Positions 37,393 to 49,200 of a DNA stretch of 64,000 bases are shown here, piece by piece; within the stretch, counting starts at the first letter, position 1; each line of letters opens with the position of its first letter. The position numbers and the translations under genes are program-made. The stretch comes from Anthoceros angustus (lineage: Eukaryota; Plantae; Anthocerotophyta): the NCBI GenBank assembly GCA_010909165.1, contig MU008164.1, forward strand, positions 1 to 64,000, read 5' to 3'. Under the pieces are notes generated by a model that searched no databases, was not told the DNA's origin, and saw only the letters and a program-made list of their open reading frames with translations.

Positions 37393-38354
37393 ATGGTGAA
37401 CATCGTGAGAATTGGAGGGGGTGGTACACCTACCCAAGGGGCAGGTCGGAAAGCGGTGCCTCCCACCCCTCCTAACAGAGCCATAAGAAAGAAAAACCCC
37501 ATGCCTGAGTTTGAATGCCGGCCTGTCCAAATTTCACCTCAAGATTTGGACGCTTTCGAGTGATATGCTGAAGAGTTGAAGATGGAGTGGTTGTATCTTA
37601 TGCTTGGATGACACTATTCAAGTCCCGCACTAGTACAGGAATGTGCTCGCCGATTGAGAGCTACAAGGGGGGATCCAAGGATCTTGGAGAATACAACTAT
37701 CAGGAGCCACCCGGGGATGTGGAAGGTGCGGCACTTTCAGCAGACTTACTTGATTCCAGAAGCGCATAAAGTTGGGATCATTCCGTCCGTGCAATTCTCG
37801 AAAGTCAGATTCCAAAAGCGGTCATGGAAATGTTCCTACGACCCAAGGAGGAGGTTTGGTCCCATGGGAACGGTTGGCGGGTGTCCATGTTCAAGGAGAG
37901 CAAGTGGAATCTCTTTGCGAAGATATGGCTGGGGCTTATTTGTATGGCTAGAAAGACTTACTTAGGGAACTCTCACCTCATAATGATCTACGCGATGTCG
38001 CAAGGGAAGTTGGTAGATTAGACAAGCATCCTACATGAGCAAGCTGTTGCCCATAAAAACCACTTGACGGTAGATGAGGCCAAGATTAGCTTCATCTCTA
38101 CCAAACCACTTGACGGCAGATGAGGCCAAGATTAGCTTCATCTCTACCAAACCACTTGACGGCAGATGAGGCCAAGATTAGCTTCATATCTACCAAACCA
38201 CTTGACAGCAGATGAGGCCAAGATTAGCTTCATCTCTACCTTCCTGATTCATCTGTACCACAGGGAGGAGGTTTTTAAGGACAAGGAATTGGAGCAGGTA
38301 GCACATGAAGCCCGTGAGTATACGTTTCGCCTTTGCAGCACACGTCCTGTCTAA
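37393..38354 (+). pseudogene. Retroelement-associated accessory ORF remnant (uncharacterised family, recalled from bryophyte proteomes)
   Basis: IRSHPGMWKVRHFQQTY, NGWRVSMFKE, IYAMSQGKLVD*TSILHEQ, ISFISTFLIHLYHREE; stops and frameshifts. Confidence 0.5.
38057..38240. repeat. 46-bp tandem repeat x4
   Basis: AAACCACTTGACGGCAGATGAGGCCAAGATTAGCTTCATCTCTACC. Confidence 0.97.
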
Positions 38355-38538
38355 GTGGACTTGCAAAACCTTAGAAGTCTAATAATAAGAAGTGTAAGTA
38401 TGTTTTGAGGAAAGAGGAGATGGATGAACCAATTACTGAAGCATATCAAAGGGAGACCCCAAGGTCAAAGGAGCCACTAAGCTTCATCATTCAAGTCACT
38501 TACAACACCTACAATATCATAACTAAGGAAATTGAATA

Positions 38539-38845
38539 GCCTACATATTACTAGAAGATGTATCTGTAGTCTACATATTGCTAGAAGATGCATGTGTAGC
38601 CTACATATTACAAGAGGGTGCATTTGTAACATTTATCCGTAAGATAGTTCCTCCACGTGCCCATTGGAAGAAGATAGTTCCCGCACGCGCCCGTTGGAAG
38701 ATAATAGAATAGCTCCTGCAAGTGCCCATTGGAAGATAAGAAGAGCTCTTGCAAGTGCCCATTGGAAGATAAGAAGAGCTCTTGCAAGTGCCCATCGCAA
38801 GATAGTGCCCATTGGAAGATAAGAGCAAATGCCAATTGGAAGATA
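38539..38845. repeat. Minisatellites: ~30-bp CTACATATT..AGAAGATG x2.5 and ~30-33-bp GTGCCCATTGGAAGATAA x6
   Basis: Direct reading. Confidence 0.85.
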
Positions 38846-39444
38846 ATACACGGCTGGCAAAATAACACAATGAAATACGAGAAAGCTATCCTAATAACAT
38901 AGTGAAATAAGAGAGAATAACCCCGTTCCATATCTCCTGCTTTGGTGCAAGATTTAATAAATTTATCAAAACTCTTTAGCCAATCCCCATAAATTTCCAA
39001 GGCAAAGTGGGATGAGAGGTGGCTAGAGGAATGAAGAGTGCCTCAAAAACTTTACGTTTTCGTCCACTACAAAACAAAAAAACTCTTGGGTTTTCTGTCT
39101 TGACGGTGTTGTGTCATCGGTTTACCAGTGTACAGCCGGCTCCACATCTTTCTACATGTGTACAGCATAACCCACAACTCAACCACTCTTTGTAGTGTCC
39201 TGTCAAGTCAGCTTGATTGCGGCATGAAATCTGTACATGGATGGCTCTTGAAGAGTTTGCTATGGACAAAATGTCTGTATCCGATTGGGCTCCAGAGAAA
39301 GTTTAGCTGAGATGCACCGGCAGAAGCTTGTTCTCAGAATCCTCATGCTTGCTCTTAGGACAAGCAGGGTTGGCTTCCACAACCCGGATCCAAAATTGGC
39401 ATCCAGAATCAATAGGTCCCACGTTGAGGAAACGCAATGCCCAA

Positions 39445-40421
39445 TTATTGACCAGCCTCAGCCTCATCTCTCATTTCGTCTAGCGAAGAATACAGGGATT
39501 GTACGAGATCCAAGTTGCTGAGCCCTAGAGGACCGCACTGTAGCAAGCAAAGAAGCCACAGTTAGCCGGTTATCCAGCTTGCAACAGGCCGGTGGATACA
39601 GCACGGAGAGCCTACAGGTGTGATTCCTTGTAAGAGGTGAGGGACAGCAAGCGTACCCTAGATTTTAATTGCTTTGCACAGAGTTTAGCGGTGAAGTCAT
39701 CGGAGAGTTCCATCCGCTTGTAAAAAATTTGCCATCTCTCAATCACAGTCTGCAGGGAGTACAACAAAAAGCAACAAGCGGGCGTTCATCGATGCACATT
39801 CCCGACAATTAACTAGCTGCAATCTTATGACATCAAGACCAACGTTCCTACCTTCATCTCAGCAATGTAGGACACCTTGCCTTCTCGGTCAAACTGGCCA
39901 TACCTTCTTCCCTGCATGACATATGGCACCGCAATCTCATGTAAGCATTCCCAGTCGCACACAGTTCCATGGTAACAACTCCAAATTCCAAGCTTTCTTC
40001 ACACGGCGAGGGAAAGAGGGACTCACAAGCTTCAAAAGCGCTTGATAATCGGACTGCAGCCTGTCGACTTCGCTCTGTACGATGCTGGAGTCAAAAAAAG
40101 CATCACTTTCCCCAGCGCCAACTGTACCTGCTCTCTCCACCTGCCGCCTTGGGCAACTCAACGCGCCTGCACCAAACCACGACCGTACCATTCAATCTTC
40201 CTACTCTCCAGATGCGTCACTTCCTCCCTGAATCAAGCACGGCAAAACACACAACCACTAGCCTTACATATTAGCAACTTTTGTCCTAGATGTGAACTGA
40301 ACCGCATGGAGAGTCTCCTCAAAGGCACGCGTCCCGCTGGGGCAGAAAAACTGGAAATCCCGCCACACGAACCGCAATCCGGCGCATAGGAAGACCTCAC
40401 GGCAGCCAGCGCCTGCGCCAT
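39445..40421 (-). CDS. DUF1825-family protein with probable plastid transit peptide; exons 40421-40268, 40166-40027, 39911-39852, 39749-39657, 39537-39445
   Basis: GT-AG splicing yields FFDSSIVQSEVDRLQSDYQALLKLGRRYGQFDREGKVSYIAEMKTVIERWQIFYKRMELSDDFTAKLCAKQLKSR, matching the recalled cyanobacterial DUF1825 pattern FFDSEIVQ..YGKFDREGK..KRFELSEDF. Confidence 0.85.
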
Positions 40422-40770
40422 TTGGTTCAAACTTTTCCTTTTTCTCCAATCCCGTCACTCCAACCGGAAACACTAAACCGCAGACACAGCCTTCTTCGAG
40501 CCTTGTTTCCTCAGCGCTAGCAAACTTCCCGAATCAACCCGCTGCCAAGTCCCAAAAGAATGCTGCCGTCACATGTATCTATCCGAGAACGCTCATCCGA
40601 CAACGCCTACCACAAACACAACAGGGCGAGCCAGCCTTGGTTTCAAGCTCCCGATACCCCGATCGACGAAACGTCTGAAATCCTGGAAAATTATTCGGCG
40701 CTGCTGTAGGAGGAGGGGCGTTTGCACACACACATTGCAGAGCGGCTCCAAGCCAAGCCGCGAAGATATA

Positions 40771-41311
40771 CAGTCGGCCCTCCCTAATTGGGAATTCTAT
40801 AAATGGGATTCCTCTCTAAATGGGACCTCCCATCCTACTCCCTTTAGTTTATAATGTAACAAATGGGACTTTTCCCTAAATGATAATTGGGACCTTTTGA
40901 AGCATACATTCATGTTAGTTTCACCTCCCTAAATGGGATTTCTCATTTTTTTTACTAAAAAAATCTAAAAAAAAAGAAAAAAGAATCCATTATTTCAGAG
41001 CTTTATAGACTTTTAGGTGTGATTGAAGACTTTTAAGCTAAGCTTTTTCCTTTATGATAGGTAGAGGTTTTTTGATGCTGCTTAGAGAGAGTGCTAGGTT
41101 TCAAACAACTATATAAAGAAATGGTAAAAGTTATTTTTAGTGAAACCTATCAATCAAAATTTAAATTTTCTTTTTTTGGGTATTTTTTGATTTGTTTTAA
41201 AGTTTATAACATTTTTATTATTTTTAAATAGGGAAAATACAATCGGGACACCTCCCTTAATGGGACCTCTAAAGGCACTCCGAACCAGTCCCAATTAGGG
41301 GGGGTGGACTG
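40771..41311. mobile_element. Tc1/mariner (pogo-type CAGT ends) MITE
   Basis: 23-bp imperfect TIRs CAGTCGGCCCTCCCTAATTGGGA / TCCCAATTAGGGGGGGTGGACTG, TA on both sides, AT-rich non-coding interior. Confidence 0.9.
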
Positions 41312-42610
41312 TATAAGCAGCGCCATAGGACGAAGACGCCGGCGACAAGGACGAAAGCACGGCGAGGACACGGCACGGCAGCCTCGACGACACGGACCGC
41401 CGGTCGTCCGCCTCGGCTCGGCCAACCGCCGGTAGCTGCGTCGTCACCCGCAGTTTCCGGCGAAACAGCCTCTCTGTTGGACTTCCCGGTTTATAGTATG
41501 TCAATTGGCTGCAGGTGATTTCTGCCTGCCACGTTTCGCCGACCACGAACTCAGCGGAGCTGGAACTGGTTAACGGCCGTGGGCCGGTAAGAAGGTTGTG
41601 AGCAATTTCGCCCGCGTTGGGTCAAACGGCGGGTAACCGCGGTTAGCTTTACCCGGCCGGGTACCGTCCGTTTGTCCGTTTTCACAAGAGATCTTCATCG
41701 GGGCTGATTCGTGTGCGTTCCTGTGGGCGTCCGCCGTTTGTCGTCGCTGAAAGGTATCGTGTCCGGCTGAACATTGCACAGCATTATGGTTACGTACTTG
41801 AACTGGAATGGAGCATACAGTAATTGTTCGCTCAGGTCCGGAATCTCAGTTTCCAAGTAGGAACACAGATGGGTCCTTGCACCCAATAGGGCATCAGCAA
41901 CTTGCCAGGAAATTGCGTTGTTTACCAAGATTCAAATGAGGGTTCCAAGTTCATGAAATCAGAGTGATAAGGAGAGACGTCAGTGATGGTCGGACAACGT
42001 CACCAGGGATAGTGGTGGCTAAACAGTAAACGGCTCTTACCTGTCACTGGCTCACAGCACAACACAGCACAGCACAGCAGGCGGAGATTTATTTTTAGAG
42101 AAATCAGTGACCTAAGGAAGGAAAAAATTGTGAAGGAAAAAATGTAACATCAGCGCGGCTTCTCGTCTGCTTCAACCAAAGGCTCCCCCACCCAGGTGGC
42201 CACATGACTGAGCCAATGAATCCCCTCCCTACGATGCTCTCACGCTTGAACCCATCACAAGCTACAAGCTGCCAGCAGATGCCTACTGACAGGGAGCATA
42301 AATTTTCAGTGTGCGGCACAGGGGTTGTGATCCAGTTCCAGGCCTCTGAAATGGAGAAAGCTGGAAGAACTAGAGAGCACACCAGGTTGTTGACACCATC
42401 CATACAGGGCTTGAAACGTAGTCGGGAAGGTGATCCGATAACCTTCGTACCATGTGACTGCGCGAGCAGATAAGGGTGTGCCGACGACGACTTGTGGACA
42501 TGGCGTTGAGCACTACCTGCCTCAGTACCTCACTTCAAGACGAGCCCCTTGGCTGGGTGCCTCCAGTCGCACTGCAGTAAGCTAGATGTATCACTTCCCC
42601 GCAGCACAGC

Positions 42611-44467
42611 TCAAACACCAAACAGTGGGAGCCCTATCTTGACGAAGGAGTAGACAAGAGCCCCTGTGAAAATGTAGCTGTCCACGCGATCGAGTATACC
42701 ACCTAAACCACAAAGATGGTGTTCATCACAATCTTGCCACAACCTGTGCTTCCCGGATGCACAGTAAACAAAAAAGAAAAATGAGCAATGCAATGGATAG
42801 ACAATGGCATTCACCATGGCCAGGTATCAGACGCCCGGAGTCCTTCACACCCGCATCACGCTTAATCATGGACTCGGTCAGATCACCAAATAGGGATGCC
42901 AGGAAGACCAGCATAGCAAGGGCTGCAGAACTGTTTGAATGGCAAACACCAAGCGTCAGACCATCAAACACAGACCAACTATCCTGCAGCCAGATAAGAG
43001 AAGGCACAAAACCTGAACAACGATGCCGGCCATTGGAGCAAGTGTGAAAGCAGCACCGTCACTCCAACAGCTAGACTTAATCCAGCAACAGCACCTTCCA
43101 AGGTTTTCTTAGGGCTAACATGAGTGAGAGGAGTTTTCCCGAAAGACTGTTGGGTACAATCTTGGAGTTAGTCACATCGATGATCCAGAAGAAGCACAGC
43201 CAGAAAAAGAACATTCAATAAACAGGTGATCTTACCCACCTTACCACCGATGAAGGCGCCCGTGTCTGCAGCTATAATGCAGCTGAATGAGATCAAAGTG
43301 GCAACCAGTCCGACAGTCCAGTGAGACTGTCCTCCGAGCAGCAGGGGCCAACTCTCCGCAACCTCTGTAATTTAACAAAATGTTTCATCAGGCAATGACA
43401 AAGGAGGGCTGGCAAGCTCAAGCCCATGGGAAACTTACTTGTGTGAAGAGCAGGAACAGCAAGGCCACATCGCAATTTAATCCAGAAGCTTGGGAGGTAG
43501 CCAAGATAAACCAGCCCGAATATTGCACTGGTGAGCTGCGAAAAGTGTGGAATTTCCTTCTCAAGAAGCAACATCATGGCCATCAGGAAGGATGCTGTTG
43601 TCATGGCCACGCCGATACGACCGCCAAAATACCTACAAGTTTTCGAAGAGCCAACTTGGTTACCTACCACTGACAAATGTAAACGTACATTGCCCTATAA
43701 TCGGCATACCCTGGAGAGCAGGAGACAGAAGGAAATGGAGCTGGGCGAGAGCTTAGAGGTTATAAAAGGAGGAACATAAGAACCTGGACATACAACGTCA
43801 TGAGTGGCATGGCTGCACAAATCCCAGAGCAGACTCTCGATGCAAAAACAGGTGGAGGCTTCATGCCCTTGGCAATACCCTTGCTCCTCACAAGATCGAA
43901 GTACTCCCCTGTTGCCACCAAAACAGCCGCTGACAAGCTAAGCGTGAAAACCCAGCCCCCGGCAAGCACAGCCCCGGCAACACCTACCCCAATGCCAATC
44001 CCAAACACAATCCTGTTCTGCAATTGCCGGCCCTTCTGCTGCCGCTGCTGCTCGTTCCCAGACGCAGCCTGCAGCACACCCGGCGGGTGTCAGTGCAACA
44101 AGACGGGTGGAATTTCAAGAATGTCAGTGCACCAGATTACGGCAGCATGTTTGTGACTGGCCTGCGGAGTTGAGCTCTGGGCTGTCGTTCGGACAACGCC
44201 ATGGCCGGGCTTGAGAGTTCGGAATTGGGTTCCCCTGCGGTGAGATGACGACAGCGGATGCACATGCAGCAGCTGCAGGCCGCTGAGGCTGGCCGGGAAT
44301 TTCCGCAAGCACGTCACCGAGCCCTTGCTGCGAGCATGAGCATGCCCAGCCGCGCCTGCTCCGGTTCGAATGCCCGCTGCCAAGATGCGGGAATGGGTCG
44401 CAGCAAGGAACAGACTGGAATTGTGCTGCTGGACAGGCAGGGCTGGAGGGGCCAGATTCACGAACAT
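42611..44467 (-). CDS. CDS4/5: Phosphatidate cytidylyltransferase (CDP-DAG synthase), plastid type; exons 44467-44162, 44068-43794, 43632-43439, 43364-43240, 43146-43013, 42930-42815, 42702-42611
   Basis: [53 protein letters not shown] signature; N-terminal transit peptide. Confidence 0.95.
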
Positions 44468-44989
44468 CGTGGATGCCACGCCCTCCAGATTGGCAAGATA
44501 CTGGATGCGGGGGTGTCTGAAAGCCTCATCCACGCGCGCTATAAACCAAAAAATAGATTACTCACCTCCTTCTTAATGCTCTTTCAATTCCCTCACTTCG
44601 CTAAACCCTCTTCGCTTGCAAAACACATGCCTGGACAATTCAGATCGGATCTGAGCTGTACGAAGGTATTCTACCTACGGGTTTCGTGGCGGAAAGTTCC
44701 TCTCTCCTTTGCTTGCTCTTTGACAGCAAACACACAAACATGCAAACAAACATGTGAGCTTCAACACCGTAGGGTTTGGGAGGAACCTTGAATTTGGGGA
44801 GCCATTGGAGATGTGACAGACAAGTGCTAGCCGAACATTTTCCCAACTCAGGCTGCGGCCAGACAGCGCTGGCAACGGGCCGATAATAGGACGATTAAGG
44901 GTCGAGTCATTTCGGATAGAGGACGCAGATTTTCTAGCGATAATTCTAGACTTTATAGATAGATACGAGAGAAACAACCCTCTAGAGGG

Positions 44990-45650
44990 TCCTAGGCCAA
45001 GGGGACTAGTCTTCGCATTTACTCCGAAGCTACTTATTGCTCCCAAGATGTCACTCAGAATAAGGAAGGGCCTGCTAACCACTGGAGCTGAAGATACTAC
45101 GTTCCCTGCATTCGAAACTATCCTGAAAATTGCATTTGCCAACGCCCTTTGCACAGCAATGGATACTCGCTACCGGAAGAAATCCACCACACAGGAAAGA
45201 GGGAGTCATACCCCGTTCTTGTGGATGTAGTATGCTTTAGCACAAGCCTTGATAAACCTCGAGAAGTTCTTGCCCCTGGCCCCGTGACTCTCAATATCAA
45301 GGGGAATGAAAGCATGGCCTTCCTGCATGGGGGTGTACTTGTGAACCTTGGCTCTAGTGCATCCCTTCGCCGCCCAACCCGAAGGGTTGCCGATGACATG
45401 CTCGCAGACGGTATCCCGAGTAGAGATACAATCTACCGAGGAATTGGTCGCAATTGCCTCACCTCCCTTTCCTCTAACTGCTTGGATGGTCCACGTTGTA
45501 ACAAGAGTGTAACAAAGGTGGAGGGTTGGATTCCAAACCTGACTGTAATAAGGGGCCCAAAAAGTGTAACAAGACCCCAAGATTTCAACATAATTGCAAC
45601 ATCAAGGGGTCCAAATCTTAACATAAAGTGTAACATGGCTGCCCTTTTTT
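44990..45650 (-). mobile_element. 3' fragment of a CRE-like (restriction-like endonuclease) non-LTR retrotransposon
   Basis: GGEAIAT, GWAAK..RAKVHKY..FIPLDIESHGARG..FIKACA, R*RVSIAVQRALANAI. Confidence 0.7.
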
Positions 45651-46297
45651 AGAAGGGTAGGATGGCCCCTCTCATGGACTCCTGGCTGTCCCCTCAGCAG
45701 TGGGGCTTTGTTAAGGGTCGGTGTATTCTGGATAACCTCCTGTTGATTAGGGAATTGAAGTGGTGGGTCAATCAGGAGAAAGTGCCCTCTGTCTTGCTTT
45801 TTGTGGATTTTCGCATGGCGTATGATTCAATCGAAAGGCATTTCTTGTGAAACTGTTTGAGACAGTCTGACTTTTGTCCTAACTTTATTAGGAGGATTGC
45901 GATTCTCACAGAAGATGCTGGTGCCAGGGTGATCACGAATATTAATGGAGTCACATTGTGTGAAGTCCTTCCACTCCTCCATCACTCGATTAGTCATACA
46001 AGGGTGCCCCTTAGCTTCCACCCTGCTTGTTGTAATCACGGACTTTATGACATGGGCTATCAATAGGGATTGTCAATTCGGGGCCTTACAGATGCTAGAG
46101 GAATAGAACACAAAGTGTACTTCTTTGCCAATGATGTTATTTTGTTCTGTCATCCATCTATGCCTCGGTAGCTGCTATGCTTGCTAGGTTGGATGATTTT
46201 AGCTTTCTCTCCGGGTGTCATGTGAACTTGCTGAAAACTAGGGTGTGTGGGTTTCGATATATAGCAAGCTCTTCTTGCTACCCTTGCCCACGTCCGA

Positions 46298-49200
46298 CAC
46301 TACTAGGAAAAGTATACTTTTACTCATTGAAGTTTTACAACGGGGGTGCATTTTACCATGACCGCCCATTTTACTACGTCAATTGAAGGCACCGTTTCAA
46401 GTCCATGTATTATTTTCATGTATAGCCCTGAATTTACTAACACTCATTCCAACTTTACTACAGGGCTTGTTTTGCCAAAGCCAAAAAAGCTGATGTGGCA
46501 AATCAAAATGGACTTTACTACGGGGCACTTGTTATTTACAACAGAGCTTATGGACGTTACAACGATGGCATGTTCGTTTACTACGGGCCTACAATTTACT
46601 ACGAGACTTTCTCCACTACAACGGGTTCTTTTACAACATGCCAATGGTATTTTACAACATCCAATGGTTTACTACACCCCTGTAGGGTTTACAACAAGAC
46701 CCTTTACGACGAGACACCGGTCGTTTACAACAACACTAATTTAGAATGGGTTTTGATGATAAACCACGTCTTATTACCCTAAAAAGCAAAATCGTAGAGG
46801 TAACGTTAATTAACCGGCGTGTACATCAGTTAAGGCTTGGGCTAGGCCGACCTGTAAAACGAGAACAAAAGGGGGCCTGCGACAGGCGGGGACATGCTGA
46901 AAAATCCTCCTTACGGATCATCTCCACATCGCCGTTGGGCAGCTCTGTAGTAGACTTCTAAAAAGTGTCGTTGTGCTTCAATCCAATCAAGGAAGCCTAG
47001 GTGCAGGCGCGCTCGGAGCCTCAGAGGCGGTAATTTCCATAAAGCATCGCCCCATCTCCATCACCAGCTGCCATCCGAATTGCTGGGGCCATTTCCTCCA
47101 GACATTGGGAAAGCTGGTGTGAGGGGCGATTAGCGCAACCACGCAAAGCGAAAATTCACTTTGCACGAGGGCAAGGAAGAAGTTAAGGCACGCTTCATGC
47201 AAATCTGGAGGACGAATAAGAAGGCTGGATTCGGGCTTCGTGGAAGACCAAACGCACCATGCAAATCCGAGCCGAGTGTGCCAAACAAGCAATGCCTCCA
47301 TTTATGCCCATCCGCAATGGATGCACACGGCGAGTGGATTCAATGACATCCGTTCGGATGAAATGCCGCGTGCCTTTAGACAAGTGATGTAATCGAGAGC
47401 CGGGATGGTGTGCGAAATCGAGTGGTCAACAAGATTCGTTTCCAGTCAAACCATAAACCCTAGTTACATATCCCGGCCATGGAGGCATATATAGCCCATG
47501 GAAACCCAAGTCTCCTTGGCTTTCGGGTTAGGGTTTGGTTAAAAACCATGGGAAACATGAGTTAGGGTTTGGTTACACCGAAGCACAAGGAAAACTTGAG
47601 TTAGGGTTTGGTTAAAATATCCTTGGCATTCGATAATCACTGGAAACTGCCACTTGCCAGATACTGTGTGTGCAATACTCTGCGGAATTGGGCTCGGCAT
47701 CGACGAGGAGGATGGGCGGCGGGGGCCCCTTATGGTGTCCAAGTGTGACCAATGGCCGCATGCCACGTGCTTACCAAATGCAAACAGGCGTTACACTCCC
47801 ACATGGCTGCGGCGTGCCTGAGCTTGGATCTGATCGGCGTGCCCGAACTTGGATCTGATGAAAGTGCCCGGCCGATCTTGCTCTCAAGTGGTCAGAGACA
47901 GGACACTTTAGGGTCGACCGAGTTTCCTTGGACTTTGAGTTCGTGAATCCATGGTTTGACGAACCATGGTTAACAAAACCCATGGTTAACAAAACCCATC
48001 GAAAATTCAAATAACATTTCCTTGGGCTTGAGCCGTGGTGGTCGGATGGTGAAGTTGCCATGGGCACCAAATCCAAGGACACTCACGCCTCGGATTGGAC
48101 TTAGGGTGAAAGAAGCAATTACATGGCCTATATATAGGCTCATGATGAAATGGGTTTCCTTGGCTCATGAAAATTGCAAAACTTTTCCTTGGACTTGAAA
48201 AAGCAAATAATGACTCCTTGGGCTTCAAAGCCGAGTTTGGGTCGGATGGTGAACTTGGGTACCAAAGGCCAAGGACACTTACGCCTATATATGGACCGTA
48301 AATAATGGATAATAAACCACTGTAGTTTGAGTTGGTTTCCGCCATGTTACATCCGCGAAATGAAACTTGTATTGCGTTCACCGGCCTTCAGATGAAGTCC
48401 ATGTGACTTGTTCGTCCTCTCTTCTCCCTTGTTCTATACCACTTCTTAATCGCAGGGTTTCAAGCACACCGTGACAACCCTACTTTGAAATTCTTACTAC
48501 GGATCAGGCGGGAGGACACATCGAAGCGTGGTCTAAACCGGCTAAGGTTGAGGTATGTTCTCCTTTTTTCCTCCGCCTAATGTGTCGACCTTTCCAAAGC
48601 TCCGTGAATCACAGTCTTGTGTCGTAGATGCCTAAAACGAGGAAGATTCAATGCGAGCGGAGCCCGATTTCGAGACCGGCGCTGGCGGCGGCATTAGTAG
48701 TAGGAGATATCTTGGAGGCCACGGTGGACTGACGACTAGGCCGGACCCAAATCGTAATTCACGGAACAGGCGGCTGCGAAATTGCTCGGCGCGTCACCGG
48801 AGAGCCTGAAGGGCAAGTGGCGGCGGTGAAAGAGCTGGGCAAAGTCTCGACTTCAAGATGCCGGGGAAAGGAGGAGGAGGACTTTGATTTGCCTCTCAAG
48901 GCTTCCGTGCAATGGAACAAGAGGGAGGAAGCGCGGTGGGCAAGTTAAGGGTAAGTTCCTCCGTGGGTGGGAGGGTCGGATGGCCGGAGACAACGCTGGA
49001 CGTCATCTACGCCCGGGGTGAAGGACCAAAAAGCGAGCACAGTCGGCTAGGGCATCAGCATGTTCGGAGAGGATGAAGACAGACGAAGAGGCCGATTTCA
49101 CAAGGATGAGTGTCGCCATATTTGAAGAACGGGCATGGGCTCACACCACTCATAAAATCATGGAGAGCGATTCAGACTTGGACGAGGAAGGGCGCCGCTG

